The notes: generated by a model not told the origin, from the letters alone. A stretch of DNA of 64,000 nt from Bdellovibrionota bacterium (GCA_041739995.1 JBGSMV010000016.1:3872-67871), one strand, 5' to 3'. Positions 10,721-21,419 are shown, counted from the first letter of the stretch. Numbers and translations: made by a program.

Positions 10721-12649
10721 ATGGCAAAGAAAGACTACCGCGCAGAAGACATTGAGGTGCTCGAAGGGCTCGAGCCCGTTCGAAGACGGCCGGGCATGTA
10801 TATCGGGGGGACGGAAGGACCCCAAGGACTGCACCACCTTGTTAAGGAAATTCTCGATAACTCTATCGACGAGGCCATGAACGGATTCGCGACAGAAGTG
10901 CGACTTACTTTACATACTGGGGACGAAACGGTCAGCGTCGAGGATGATGGGCGCGGTATACCGGTCGATTTGCATCCGAAGTTCAAAAAGTCCGCACTTG
11001 AGATCGTCTTCACGACTCTGCATGCGGGAGGAAAATTCTCCGATACTAACTACCAATCGGCTGGTGGGCTACATGGGGTGGGCGCCTCAGTAGTTAACGC
11101 CTTATCTGAACAGCTTGATGTGGTGGTTCAGCGCGATGGGTACGAGTGGTCACAGAGCTTCTCGAGAGGCAAGCCTTTAGCCAAGCTGTCGCGCGGCGCA
11201 AAGACCAAAGAGCATGGAACCAAAGTCACCTTTCGTGCTGACCCAGATATTTTTCGATCTACAACTTTCCTGAGGGAGCGCCTTGAAGGAATGGCGCAAG
11301 AGAAGGCCTTTCTCAATCGCGGTCTGGCGGTGGTGTTCGTAGACGAAGCTCAGAAAACTGAGAAGCTATTCAAGTATGAAGACGGGCTCAAAGCCTATCT
11401 TGCCCACCTTGTTGAAAAGCAGAAGGTAGAAATCCTTGGAAATGAAGTGTTTGCGCTCGAGCGCTCGGATGGCATTAAGATCGACGTTTCTTTCTGCTGG
11501 ACTGAGTCGACTTCGGAGAAGGTCGTTTCGTATGTGAACGGAATACCAACGGCCGAGGGCGGTAGCCACGAAGAAGGCTTTCGAAGCGGCCTTGTAAAGG
11601 CAGTCAGAAATTACCTGTCAGTTCACGATCTCTTGCCGCGTGGCGTGAAGTTGTCAGGAGAAGATATTCGCGAAGGCCTGCTTGCCGTGTTGTCGGTGAA
11701 TGTTCCCGGAGCGGTGAGTCAGTTGCAGTTTCAAGGGCAGACCAAGGACAAGCTCAATAATCCGGAGATTGAAGCGCCTGTTGAGGCACTGCTTCGTACT
11801 TTCGAAAATACGCTTAATTCGAAGCCGCAGTTAGCGGGACAAATAGTAGAGCGCGTATTGTGCGCGGCAAAGGCGCGCGCGGCAGCCAGAATGGCGGCTG
11901 AGAATGTCTCGCGAAAAATCGGAGTGAGTCATCGTCTTAACTTGCCCGGCAAGCTCGCGGATTGTTCATCCAGCAAACCGGGGGACTCTGAGCTATTCAT
12001 CGTGGAAGGTGATTCAGCGGGTGGTAGCGCCAAGCAGGGGCGTAGTCGCGAAACCCAGGCAATCTTGCCGTTGCGGGGCAAAGTACTGAACACCATTGCA
12101 GCAACTGAGGCGAAACTTAAGGAGAACAGGGAGCTTTTAGATCTTGTTTCGGTAATCGGGTGTGGTCTTGGGGACAAGATAAATATCGAGCGCATCCGCT
12201 ACGGCAAAATCGTAATTCTCACCGATGCAGACGCAGACGGAATGCACATTGCGTCACTACTCATGGCTTTTTTCTTCCGCTTTATGCGTCCACTAATTGA
12301 CGGGGGACATTTGTATCTCGCTCAGCCCCCTCTGTATCGCCTGAGATTTGGATCAGGAAAGAAGGAAGAGGAACATTGGGTATATTCTGACCAGGAAAAG
12401 GATGCGCTTCTAAAGAAGAAAGGCAAAGTTGCAGGGCTTCAAATCACGCGCTTTAAAGGTCTTGGAGAAATGAATCCCAGCACTCTATGGGAAACCACGC
12501 TTAACCCGAAGACTCGCAGTTTGTTGCGAATACGAACTGAAAACGAAGATCAGGTAAAAGAGATGCTTGAAAGTCTGTTCGGGAAGGAGACCGGCGAGCG
12601 TTATCGAATGATTCAAGAGAACGCGCACCGCATTGAGGCAGATATCTAA
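10721..12649 (+). CDS. parE: Type IIA topoisomerase subunit B, topoisomerase IV ParE-like (642 aa)
   Basis: GHKL ATPase motifs (HHLVKEILDNSIDEA, GGLHGVGASVVNALS), a TOPRIM EGDSAGGS and the PLRGKVLN motif. The length lacks the GyrB insertion. Confidence 0.8.
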   Translation: MAKKDYRAEDIEVLEGLEPVRRRPGMYIGGTEGPQGLHHLVKEILDNSIDEAMNGFATEVRLTLHTGDETVSVEDDGRGIPVDLHPKFKKSALEIVFTTLHAGGKFSDTNYQSAGGLHGVGASVVNALSEQLDVVVQRDGYEWSQSFSRGKPLAKLSRGAKTKEHGTKVTFRADPDIFRSTTFLRERLEGMAQEKAFLNRGLAVVFVDEAQKTEKLFKYEDGLKAYLAHLVEKQKVEILGNEVFALERSDGIKIDVSFCWTESTSEKVVSYVNGIPTAEGGSHEEGFRSGLVKAVRNYLSVHDLLPRGVKLSGEDIREGLLAVLSVNVPGAVSQLQFQGQTKDKLNNPEIEAPVEALLRTFENTLNSKPQLAGQIVERVLCAAKARAAARMAAENVSRKIGVSHRLNLPGKLADCSSSKPGDSELFIVEGDSAGGSAKQGRSRETQAILPLRGKVLNTIAATEAKLKENRELLDLVSVIGCGLGDKINIERIRYGKIVILTDADADGMHIASLLMAFFFRFMRPLIDGGHLYLAQPPLYRLRFGSGKKEEEHWVYSDQEKDALLKKKGKVAGLQITRFKGLGEMNPSTLWETTLNPKTRSLLRIRTENEDQVKEMLESLFGKETGERYRMIQENAHRIEADI

Positions 12650-12703
12650 GCCCCTCGTCTGATTTTCTACATTTCGCGCATTTTCGGGCAAATTTTAGCT
12701 TTG

Positions 12704-12967
12704 TTAGAGTTGTGTAAGGACTGGATTCCTAGTACCTTCCCACTTCCGTTGAAGGTTCAAAGTCTCTGGATTGACGGCGCGCAGCTTTGCCACACGATTG
12801 ATGAGGGCAAAATTGAGCGCTTTGACTCGAGAGAACAAACCTTCGATGGTTGACCTTAAGTGGTTAAAATTGAAGCGGTTGTTTTTAGGTGTATCGTGAA
12901 TCGATAGGCCACTGGCGAGGGTTTTTGATCCTCGCAGTTGTTGTCCAAAAAACTTCCAGATGCTCAT
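12704..12967 (-). CDS. Small hypothetical protein (87 aa) with a good RBS; function unknown
   Basis: GGAGACGCTCTT precedes ATG at 12967. Only the C-terminal part of the track ORF 12704..13438 looks protein-like. Confidence 0.35.
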   Translation of the reverse strand: MSIWKFFGQQLRGSKTLASGLSIHDTPKNNRFNFNHLRSTIEGLFSRVKALNFALINRVAKLRAVNPETLNLQRKWEGTRNPVLTQL

Positions 12968-13676
12968 AAGAGCGTCTCCTCTTCTTACTTCAAAGAAGAA
13001 ACCGCCGAATAGAAAAACTTTCTTTGCAAGGCTTGCACCTTGTGGAGTCGTTGTCTTTTCGGTGGTTTCTTCTCGTGAGGCGGTGTAGCCGAAAGAGGGG
13101 GTCCTAAAGAGTCCCATCGCATGATGCGGTGGTCTGGAAGGAGTACTAAGGATGACGAAGTTGCTTGTAAACGAGTTCGATCGGGCGTTGTTGAGGCGAG
13201 CAGGCGTTCGAACGGGTAGAGCACGAAAGCTCTCCCCTGTCGCAGCGCAAGCCGTGCTCTGCGCGGCCGCCGTCGAGGAGATCCCGCTTTTTCGAACTGG
13301 TTTTCCGGTCGAGGCGACCTTGGCCAGAATTGCTGGCAATCTCGGACTGCAGGTGCTGTGTCGAGACGGGGTCGCTCTTGTGCGGCACGTGAAGATCCGA
13401 GGAAAGCGTGACGTGCGGTTCAAACTGCTCGTGCACAACGTGCAGCGAGTCGTGTTCTTTGGGCCGAAAGGGTTCGAAGAAGCAGAGATTCATCCTCGCG
13501 TTCGAGTTGGTGGCCCAGTAGGCCATCATCGAGAGATGGCTTTGTCTAAGCCCAGACGGCAGATCCACCGCGCATTTTCGAGTGCTGCGGTGTGATGGTC
13601 ATTGATGCGGGTGCTCCCATAGTGCCCCCTTACCAAGGAGGAGAGGGTGAGGGGTCGTGAAGGGAGTGGAGAGAGG

Positions 13677-13730
13677 CTCACGGGGCGGGGTTTGCAATGG
13701 TGCTTACCCCGCCTCGTTGAGTTTTTTCTC
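13677..13730 (+). terminator. Rho-independent terminator-like hairpin plus T-run on the + strand
   Basis: CACGGGGCGGGG / CCCCGCCTCG stem of about 11 bp, a 16-nt loop, then TTTTTTCTC. It is preceded by a 44-nt polypurine tract at 13633-13676. Confidence 0.45.
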
Positions 13731-14267
13731 GATGACACGATATACACTTAGGTGGTTCGAACTTCGGTTTCGCTTAACGCGTGATTCAAAGTTCTGGATG
13801 GTTATCTAGGTTTGTTTCTCTCGACCAATTTTCTCCCTTTCTTGCGTATCGCAATCCTGGCTTCTGCGTTGCCGCGCGGCACGCTTCTACTGATGTAAGC
13901 GGCCCTCGTGGTACATTCGCCAGATAAGTATGGAGCCGAATGAAGGCCGATTCCTTCGCAGATTCGACAAAGTGGGTGGATGTTTGGAACCGAACTCTCG
14001 GCCCAGTGCCGGAGCCTTAGAGTGTGGTTCGAGGCGCTGCATAAGCGCGGAGCCAATTTCTCTGCACGGAGCGCAACCTTATAATTTCCAGTTTGGAGCC
14101 GGCAATTTGCGCTCAAACGAGCCTCAAAGCTGAAACCCCTTGTTTTTCCTCAATAAGATTGAGAGTTTCTCAAGAGGTCCCCCTTGCGAGGGGCGAGGCG
14201 ACAGCGTTAAGTTAGGTCGATTTTAAACAAATAGCGCTGATTTAGACCCCGCGCATAGAACATATCC

Positions 14268-15200
14268 ATGGCTAGCAACGACCCAGCCGCACCTAATCAA
14301 GCGGCTCAAGAACAGGCAATACTAGCCGAAGTAGGGCGAACCGCGTTGCGACTTGGCTCCTGTGACCCAGTCTGGCTTAAAGATGGAGTCGCGCCGACTT
14401 TTAGCCTCACAGAGAATCCTAAAGCTGAGAGCCAGACTCCTGGTAGTCCAGGGGTAACTGGTATCGAAGCTAAGAAGCCAGAAATGATTTTGCTACACGG
14501 GCTCTTCGGCGCCTTATCGAACTGGGATTCCACCTTCCCGCTCTTTAGCGCCTTCAGTGAACCCATCGCGCTGCAGTTCCCGATTCTTACTGGCCACCGT
14601 TCGGAAGTTAAGGTGAAAGCACTTGCTGCCTATACCGAATATCTTGTGCGCTTAAGAAAGCTGGGGCCAGTAGCACTTTGTGGTAACTCGCTGGGCGGTC
14701 ACGTGGCCATGCGTCTTTGTTTGGCATCGCCCGAACTGGTCGACTGTTTAATCTTGTCAGGAACCTCAGGCCTGTATGAGCACACCGTTGACGCACTCCC
14801 CGTTCGTCCGGATGAACGCTTTGTACGTGAGCATATGGCGCGAGTGTTCTTCGGCAAGCAGTTTGTGACCGAGGATGCCATCAAGGAGGTTCATCAGATT
14901 CTTAAGAGTCGCGTAAATGTCCTGAACATTATTCATGCAGCGCGCAGTGCCAAGAAAGATAATCTGCAGAAGCTTCTTCCTCAGATTAAAGTACCTACGC
15001 TGCTGCTGTGGGGAGAGGATGATAAGGTTACCACCATGGACGTGGCGCGACAGTTCAAAGCGCTTCTTCCAAACTCAGAGCTCCACTCAATTAAGAACTG
15101 TGGACATGCGCCAATGATTGAGCACCCAGAATGGTTCTCAGGGCACGTTGAGAGGTTTCTCAAGAAGAACTCGCGATATTATAAAGTTGCTGGTACATAA
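14268..15200 (+). CDS. Alpha/beta-hydrolase fold protein
   Basis: GNSLGG nucleophile elbow (GxSxG), ILLHGLFG oxyanion region, and a C-terminal CGHAPMIEHPE His-containing motif. Confidence 0.7.
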   Translation: MASNDPAAPNQAAQEQAILAEVGRTALRLGSCDPVWLKDGVAPTFSLTENPKAESQTPGSPGVTGIEAKKPEMILLHGLFGALSNWDSTFPLFSAFSEPIALQFPILTGHRSEVKVKALAAYTEYLVRLRKLGPVALCGNSLGGHVAMRLCLASPELVDCLILSGTSGLYEHTVDALPVRPDERFVREHMARVFFGKQFVTEDAIKEVHQILKSRVNVLNIIHAARSAKKDNLQKLLPQIKVPTLLLWGEDDKVTTMDVARQFKALLPNSELHSIKNCGHAPMIEHPEWFSGHVERFLKKNSRYYKVAGT

Positions 15201-15288
15201 CGGCATGGTTTGGACGTGCAGTCTTTTAGGAATACAGCCTTTTAGTAGCGCCATTTTTTGTAGCGCAGTCAAAGCAAGGGGAGTCTAG

Positions 15289-15840
15289 ATGGAACGCACT
15301 TCCGGTAGCACGAAGTTCCCGCTCGGGTCCAAGCTTCCTTCGTTTGCATTGCCGAATACCGATGGTCGCGAGGTTGATGACTCTTACCTTCGAGAAGGGA
15401 AGATGGCGCTGGTGGTATTCACCTGCAACCACTGTCCCTACGTCAAGGGCAGTGAAGCAAAGCTCATCGAGCTGGCAAAGCAGTACGAACCATCGGCTCT
15501 TCGAGTGGTTGCGATAAGTTCAAATGACGCGACCAAGTATCCAGAAGACTCTTTCGAGCTTATGAAGTCTAAAGCTGCTGAGCTCGCGATACCGTATCCA
15601 TATCTCTATGACGAGTCACAGGACATAGCGCGTTTGTTCGACGCAGCGTGTACTCCAGAATGCTATCTCTTTGATGCCAGCGGTTCATTGGTTTTTCATG
15701 GCGCGATAAATGATAGTCCCAAGAGTGCCGCCGGTGTGAGCCGCGCCTACCTTGCAAAAGCTTTACAGCAACTTAGCGAGGGGCAGAAACCAGATCCCGC
15801 AGAAGCGCATCCGATTGGCTGTTCAATTAAGTGGAAATAG
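15289..15840 (+). CDS. Thioredoxin-fold redoxin (TlpA/ResA/AhpC-TSA-like), CxxC = CNHC
   Basis: VVFTCNHCPYVKG with surrounding redoxin-like spacing. 183 aa. Confidence 0.6.
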   Translation: MERTSGSTKFPLGSKLPSFALPNTDGREVDDSYLREGKMALVVFTCNHCPYVKGSEAKLIELAKQYEPSALRVVAISSNDATKYPEDSFELMKSKAAELAIPYPYLYDESQDIARLFDAACTPECYLFDASGSLVFHGAINDSPKSAAGVSRAYLAKALQQLSEGQKPDPAEAHPIGCSIKWK

Positions 15841-15863
15841 AGGGCGTTTGATGAGGGACTCCC

Positions 15864-15904
15864 AAAAAGGGAAAAAAGTTAAGTGGGCGGGGGAGCCCAC
15901 TTAA
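15864..15904 (-). terminator. Minus-strand intrinsic terminator (perfect 10-bp stem TTAAGTGGGC/GCCCACTTAA, followed on the minus strand by TTTTTTCCCTTTTT)
   Basis: The hairpin is at 15879-15904. The A-run at 15864-15878 on the + strand is a T-run on the minus strand. No annotated minus-strand gene lies upstream of it. Confidence 0.4.
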
Positions 15905-16141
15905 CGAGGAGTCAGGCATTCATTTCCCGTGTCCCCAGTGTGGAATGACACGGATGAATGAAAGGGTATAGGAGTCTAATGCGATTCTTGTGCCAGGGGT
16001 GAGGGGGCCGAATTGAGGGGTATGTCCCTATCAATCTAGTTCCCATGCTTGGGCGATTCTGCTTCAGAGATAGTACATTTTGTTGGGTAATTTGGTGGCA
16101 AGCTTAGGTAAAGCCACCAGAAGAATATTGATGGGGGATAC

Positions 16142-18134
16142 AATGAAAAGTGATTCCAAGCTCTTAAGTGATTTAGCGCTAACCGTAAGGGTGTTGTCGG
16201 CTGAAGCGGTCGAAAAGGCTAATTCTGGGCACCCGGGGCTCCCGATGGGTGCCGCTGATTTCGCCTCCCTATTATGGGCGGATTTCCTTCGATTTAACCC
16301 CCAAGACCCGAAGTGGCCAAACCGTGACCGCTTCATCCTCTCGGCCGGGCATGGCTGCATGTTGCTCTACACCCTTACTCACCTCTTTGGGTACGACTTG
16401 CCAATGAAGGAACTTCAGAGCTTCCGCCAGTGGGAGAGCAAAACACCGGGACATCCTGAGTTTGGGTTTACTCCGGGCGTAGAAGCAACTACTGGTCCGT
16501 TGGGGCAGGGCTTTTCGAACGGAGTTGGCGTCGCGCTTTCGGGCAAGATGCTTGCTGAGCAGTATTCACCTGAGATGTTCAATTATCGAGTCTTCGCCTT
16601 GGTAAGCGATGGCGATCTCATGGAAGGGATTACGTCCGAGGCTGCTTCGCTTGCAGGTCACCTTGGCCTCGACAACCTCATTTATCTATACGACGACAAC
16701 AAGATTTCTCTTGCCGGGAAAACGGACGTGTCGTTTACCGAATCAGTTCCGAAGCGTTTCGAGTCGTACGGGTGGTCGGTGCAAAGCTGTGATGGCCATA
16801 ATCCAGACGAGATCCGCGCATGCTTAGATCGTGCCGTTCAAGAGAAAGGAAAGCCAAAGATTATTTGCTGTCGAACCACAATCGGCAAAGGTTCCCCGAA
16901 CAAAGAAGGAGACTGCGAGGTGCATGGTGCCCCGCTAGGAAAAGACGAGCTTGCTGCAACCAAGAAGAATCTTGGCTGGACTAGCGAGGAGCCGTTCTTT
17001 GTGCCTCCTCAAGTACAGAGCTTCTGCGCTGCTGCTATTGAGCAAAAGAAGAAGGAGTACTCGGAATGGCAAGCGAGCTTCAAGAAATGGGGCGACGCGA
17101 ACTCAAGTAAGGCAGCGCTTTGGAAGGCTCAGTCTGAGCGTGTAGTACCGTCGGGACTAAAAGGAGAGCTACTCAAGAGTCTCGGAGAGATTAAGAAGGA
17201 TTCAACTCGCAATCTTTCAGGCAAGGCGATTCAAATTATTGCCAAGCACGTGCCTTACTTCGTGGGTGGATCGGCTGACCTTGAGCCTTCGACTAAGACA
17301 CTCATTAAGGACACGACTGAGATTCAAGCCGGCAAGTTTGCCGGGCGCAATATTCGGTTCGGTGTTCGTGAACATGCAATGGGCGCTGCGGTGAATGGGC
17401 TTGCATACCAACAATGCTGGTTCCCGTTCGGTTCTACATTCTTGGTGTTTTCAGATTATATGCGCCCGACGATTCGGCTCGCGGCGCTCTCGCATCTGCA
17501 ATCACTGTTTATTTTTACTCATGATTCATTTTGGGTAGGAGAAGATGGGCCTACTCATGAGCCGATTGAGCAGGTGCAAAGCCTGCGGCTTATTCCGCAT
17601 GTAAACGTGTATAGACCGGCTGATGGTGTAGAGGTGGCGATGAGCTACATGTCCGCTTTGGAGAATAAGTCGACCCCAAGTGTGATGATATTTACTCGCC
17701 AAGACCTCCCCATAGTCGCTCGACCATCTTCGGCGACGCCTGAAGATGTGTTGAAGGGCGGTTATGTGGTGACTGAGGCTGCTTCTCCTGATGTGGTGTT
17801 AGTAGCCACCGGTTCTGAGGTTTGGGTAGCGCAAGAAGCGGCCACCAAGTTGGGCGCGAAGGGCGTGAAGGCCCGCGTTGTCTCGATGCCATGTGTGGAG
17901 CTTTTCTTGAAGCAACCAGCGCAGTATCGTGATTCAGTGCTCCCAAAAGGAGTTCGCCGCGTCTCGATAGAAGCGGGCACCACGGTCGGTTGGGAAAGGA
18001 TTGCGGGTAGCGACGGACTCCTGATCGGAATCGATCACTATGGTGCTTCTGCTCCTGGTGGATTATTGGCAGAGAAGTTTGGATTTACCCCAGACCAGGT
18101 CGTAGGGAAGATCTCTGGGTTTCTAGGCAAATAG
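16142..18134 (+). CDS. tkt: Transketolase
   Basis: SGHPGLPMGAADFA, the GDGDLMEG ThDP-binding region, and a full-length transketolase C-terminus. Start refined to ATG 16142, preceded by GGGGGA at about 5 nt. Confidence 0.9.
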
Positions 18135-18148
18135 TAGTTCTCATACGC

Positions 18149-20191
18149 ATGGAATCTCTTTATCGCCGAGTGGTCTCTAGCCGCTACTTTCCATGGTACT
18201 GCTTAGTCTATGCGCTTGGACTCGCGCTGCGCTGGGTGATGCTTGATGATCGCCCAGTGCATCACGACGAGTCCTTGCACTACATGTACGGGCGCTACTT
18301 TTTTGATTTCCCTGAGCAGAACTTTCACAAGTACGACCCGATGCTGCACGGGCCGATACTCTATAACTCACTTCGGCTCGTGTATCTCACGCTTGGCAGT
18401 TCAACCTGGGCGGGGCGTGCGTTCATTGCGCTGCTCGGCTCCGCCTTCATCTTCGTTCCACTGCTCTTTCGCAAATTCTTTCATCCGCGCGCACTCCTGG
18501 TGCTGGTGACCGCGTTAGCGCTTTCACCCACGCTGACTTTTTGGACCAGGTTCTTGCGTGAGGACATGCTCCAGATTTGGGCAACCACGCTGGTTTTCTA
18601 TGGAGTACTTCTTGCACGCGCGGAGCGTAAAGCTCTGTTTGTTTTGGTGGGATGCGCTTTGCAGTGGTGCATCAAGGCAAATTTCTTTGTGCACCTGGCA
18701 ATTTTGATTGGCTATCTGGTGTTCGAATTCGCATGGGACGCGATCGTTCGCAAGAAGTACGACGGACTGCTGGTTCGCTTGTTCCGCTATCTTAGGCAGT
18801 ATGAGAAGCAGACCCTTTTTGCGTTCGGCACGGCTGCGTTTGTTTTCACTTACTTCTACTCAAGCGGTTACCGCTATAGCGCAGGGCTATTAGATGGGCT
18901 CTATCGCAAGAGCTTCTTGTACTGGATTAATCAGCACAACATCGAGCGCATTCCAGGTCCCTTCATGTTTCACGTGTACCAGCTTAGTTGGTACGAATTC
19001 TTGTTCATGGTTGCCTTCTTCATTCAGGCCGCTTTGATGTATTTGCGCGGGCCGCGCCTTATTAAAATTGCGGGAGTGAGTGCGGGCCTCGCCACCCTGC
19101 TTTTGTCTTCACTCGCCGCCTATCACCAATCCGCTTTAGGAAAGCCCTTTGAAGGCGTTGCCCCGTGGAATCTTCTAAATCTAAAGAGCTATTTTGACGT
19201 GTTCGGGTTGTTGCCGATTGACGTGCTTGGATGTTGTTTCCTTATTTTTCATGCGGTGTTGGTGACGGTGTATCACTTGTTGCGGGAGGAACGAGGCGCG
19301 GCGTTCTTTGGCTATCTCTTCATGGCGCTCTTTTTCACCTACAGCTATTTAGGCGAAAAGGTGCCGTGGCTTGCCATCTATCCGTTTCTTGCCGGAGTTA
19401 TTTATTTGGTGCTGTTCTTTCAAGGCTACTTTAAAGGTCGTGACTCTGCTGAGTTCGCAAATTTCCCAGTCGCGCGACTGATGCGCGTAACCGCCTGTAT
19501 TTTAGCCGGGTTTGGACTGATTTTTCTTATTGAAGATCCTGATAGTTTAGCCAGAAATCTGCCCGCGGACCTTACGGCTGCGCAGCAATTTATCCTTGGT
19601 GCGTTGAAGAATGCCCCAATACTTACCGCCGGCGTTCTACTTTTTCCTATCACTTTGCTTGCGAAGCGCCTCAACCTGTTAGGAACGATAAATATTGGTG
19701 TGGTGGCGATGATAGGACTGATTCTATTCAACGTGCGCGCCACCTGGATGGTAAATCAGGTCAATGGTGGAAAGTCGAGCGAGTTCATGAGTCAGGTGCA
19801 TACCACCAAGGAGTTACAAGACTTTGCGCTTGATATCCGTCATCAAATTCTCACCCCAACTTCCGGCAAGAAGCCTACCGTATACGTAACGGGGGAGAGC
19901 ACCTGGCCGCTTACCTGGTACTTCGTAGACCTTCCAGAATATAAGTTCACCGCAACTTCAGAGGAGATGGAGAAGTTTGATTATCGTTTCATCGACTTCG
20001 AGTCAGATAAGGCCAAGCAGTTTCCGGGCTATCGTAGGGTCGATTTAAATCTTAGAGGATGGTGGGTGCCGGACTACGCCAAGATGACTTTCGCAAATTT
20101 CTTATACTACTCGCTCACTCAAGTGCCATTTAGTCCAGTCGGATATTCGTATGTGACCGTGCTGGTGAAAGAGCCGGTGAGCCAGCCTTAA
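18149..20191 (+). CDS. Polytopic membrane protein, PMT/GT39-like (GT-C) glycosyltransferase family
   Basis: 680 aa with at least 10 predicted TM segments. The loop-1 motif RPVHHDESLHYMYG resembles the PMT DE motif (vFDEvHFGk). It starts 15 bp after the tkt stop. Confidence 0.55.
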   Translation: MESLYRRVVSSRYFPWYCLVYALGLALRWVMLDDRPVHHDESLHYMYGRYFFDFPEQNFHKYDPMLHGPILYNSLRLVYLTLGSSTWAGRAFIALLGSAFIFVPLLFRKFFHPRALLVLVTALALSPTLTFWTRFLREDMLQIWATTLVFYGVLLARAERKALFVLVGCALQWCIKANFFVHLAILIGYLVFEFAWDAIVRKKYDGLLVRLFRYLRQYEKQTLFAFGTAAFVFTYFYSSGYRYSAGLLDGLYRKSFLYWINQHNIERIPGPFMFHVYQLSWYEFLFMVAFFIQAALMYLRGPRLIKIAGVSAGLATLLLSSLAAYHQSALGKPFEGVAPWNLLNLKSYFDVFGLLPIDVLGCCFLIFHAVLVTVYHLLREERGAAFFGYLFMALFFTYSYLGEKVPWLAIYPFLAGVIYLVLFFQGYFKGRDSAEFANFPVARLMRVTACILAGFGLIFLIEDPDSLARNLPADLTAAQQFILGALKNAPILTAGVLLFPITLLAKRLNLLGTINIGVVAMIGLILFNVRATWMVNQVNGGKSSEFMSQVHTTKELQDFALDIRHQILTPTSGKKPTVYVTGESTWPLTWYFVDLPEYKFTATSEEMEKFDYRFIDFESDKAKQFPGYRRVDLNLRGWWVPDYAKMTFANFLYYSLTQVPFSPVGYSYVTVLVKEPVSQP

Positions 20192-20678
20192 TGTTTCAGG
20201 TAGTTGACGAACGTTAACCCTAGAGTCGAAGCAAACAGTACGAGCAAGCCCTACGCTAAGTTTTTACCTGTCAACAAAAGCAGGCGAAGATCCGTTGATT
20301 AGGGGGCATTTTGAGCAGATGATTTGATGCACGAACAGGCGGGCGCTTGCCGTTATCAGGCTACATATGAGTCATAGCCAACTTAGAACTCCGACTCTAT
20401 TGGACGAAGAAACCATATCGGCTGCGGTGGCGGTCTGAGATTTATGCTTTGAAAGAGCTGACGATCGTCGGTACTTCCGATAGGATTTCGATCTTTGCTC
20501 TTTCAACTTTCGACACGGACTACCTGCTAATCGGAAAGGATAACTTCACCAAAGCCAAGGAGGTCCTTACGGCCAGTGGTCGTACGATAATTGGTGAAGC
20601 CGATTGATCGGCCGGATACTTCCTCCGTTCCCGATAACAACTGAACAGAAGCAAATCGTCGCGTCGAGCGAGGGGCCT

Positions 20679-20710
20679 GGTGCTCGACACCTAGAGCGAT
20701 GTCGAGCACC
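20679..20710. other. Perfect 11-bp inverted repeat (GGTGCTCGACA ... TGTCGAGCACC), 17 bp downstream of the stop of the 20727..21419 gene
   Basis: Seen directly. No U-tract on either strand, so it is either a terminator variant or a protein-binding palindrome. Confidence 0.4.
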
Positions 20711-20726
20711 CAAAGGAGAATCTTTG

Positions 20727-21419
20727 TTACTGAATAGTTCTTTCTAAAAACACACCATTCTCTACAGTTTCGACTTGCACCGTATCGTTTTTCTTTAGGT
20801 TCGGAATGACCGCATTAAGATGAAGCGCACTGACGCACTCGCCCGAAAGGGTGCGCACTCGTCGGCGAGATTTGGAGCGAACGGCTGCGCTGTATTTCGC
20901 TACACTTCCCTGTGCTTGGCTTGATGCAGTTCCAATGAAGTCCAACGAGCAACTTGAGACCACTATGCCTTGCCGAATAACTCGTGCGGTGACCGGCAGC
21001 GTGTCTGCTTGTGTGACATCAAGCACATTCGGAACGCTGGCACCCAGCGGAATGCGCACTTTGACATGGAATCGTGCCGGTTGTGTTGCGCTCCTGCGTC
21101 GAAATTGAGCGCGGCCCGTCGCTTGCGTTTCAATCCCCACTGCCGGTGAAAGTTGAGCATGTACCGTTGTGCCACTTGTTGAGCTTCCTGCAGACGACGA
21201 GCTTCCACTGCTATGGGAATGCGCGCTGCTGCCTTGAGAACTTGAGGCGGAAGAGTTTGACCCGGAAGAGTTTGAGAAGGAGGAGGCTGAGGAACTCGAG
21301 GAGCTCCCGTCATCGTCGTCATCACCGCCATGTGCCAAGCTGGTACTGGGCAAAATGGCGAGAGCAAGGCATAGAAATGGAAGTGCCAGAGTCTGTTTTC
21401 TTAAGAATCTTAGGCCCAT
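20727..21419 (-). CDS. Secreted serine-rich protein (signal peptide, DDDDD, roughly 60-aa poly-Ser/Gly tract, then a folded C-terminal domain)
   Basis: LCLALAILPSTSLAHGGDDDDDGSSSSSS... and the C-terminal domain has no recognisable catalytic residues. Confidence 0.5.
   Translation of the reverse strand: MGLRFLRKQTLALPFLCLALAILPSTSLAHGGDDDDDGSSSSSSASSFSNSSGSNSSASSSQGSSAHSHSSGSSSSAGSSTSGTTVHAQLSPAVGIETQATGRAQFRRRSATQPARFHVKVRIPLGASVPNVLDVTQADTLPVTARVIRQGIVVSSCSLDFIGTASSQAQGSVAKYSAAVRSKSRRRVRTLSGECVSALHLNAVIPNLKKNDTVQVETVENGVFLERTIQ

Noticed and set aside
8375-12649. DNA gyrase (gyrA-gyrB) call
   Set aside because: The A subunit is short (770 aa) with no GyrA box (QRRGGKG). The B subunit is 642 aa and lacks the Gram-negative GyrB insertion. 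So I called ParC/ParE instead. The parC-before-parE order is merely notable.
12704-13438. 244-aa minus-strand ORF taken as one protein
   Set aside because: Only the last 87 aa have an RBS and protein-like composition. The N-terminal 150 aa are low-information and overlap two other open frames in a GC-rich patch.
13569-14260. Possible tmRNA, RNase P RNA, SRP RNA or tRNA in the 700-bp ORF-free gap
   Set aside because: I searched by eye for GGGGCUGAUUCUGGAUUCGAC / T-arm-CCA (tmRNA), GGAAAGUCCGG / ACAGAACCCGGCUUA (RNase P), GGAAGCAGC (SRP) and GGTTCGANTCC T-loops. Only partial chance matches turned up: GATTCGACAAAGTGGG at about 13962, GGTTCGAAC at about 13760, and GGTTCGAGG at about 14020 with non-pairing T-stems.
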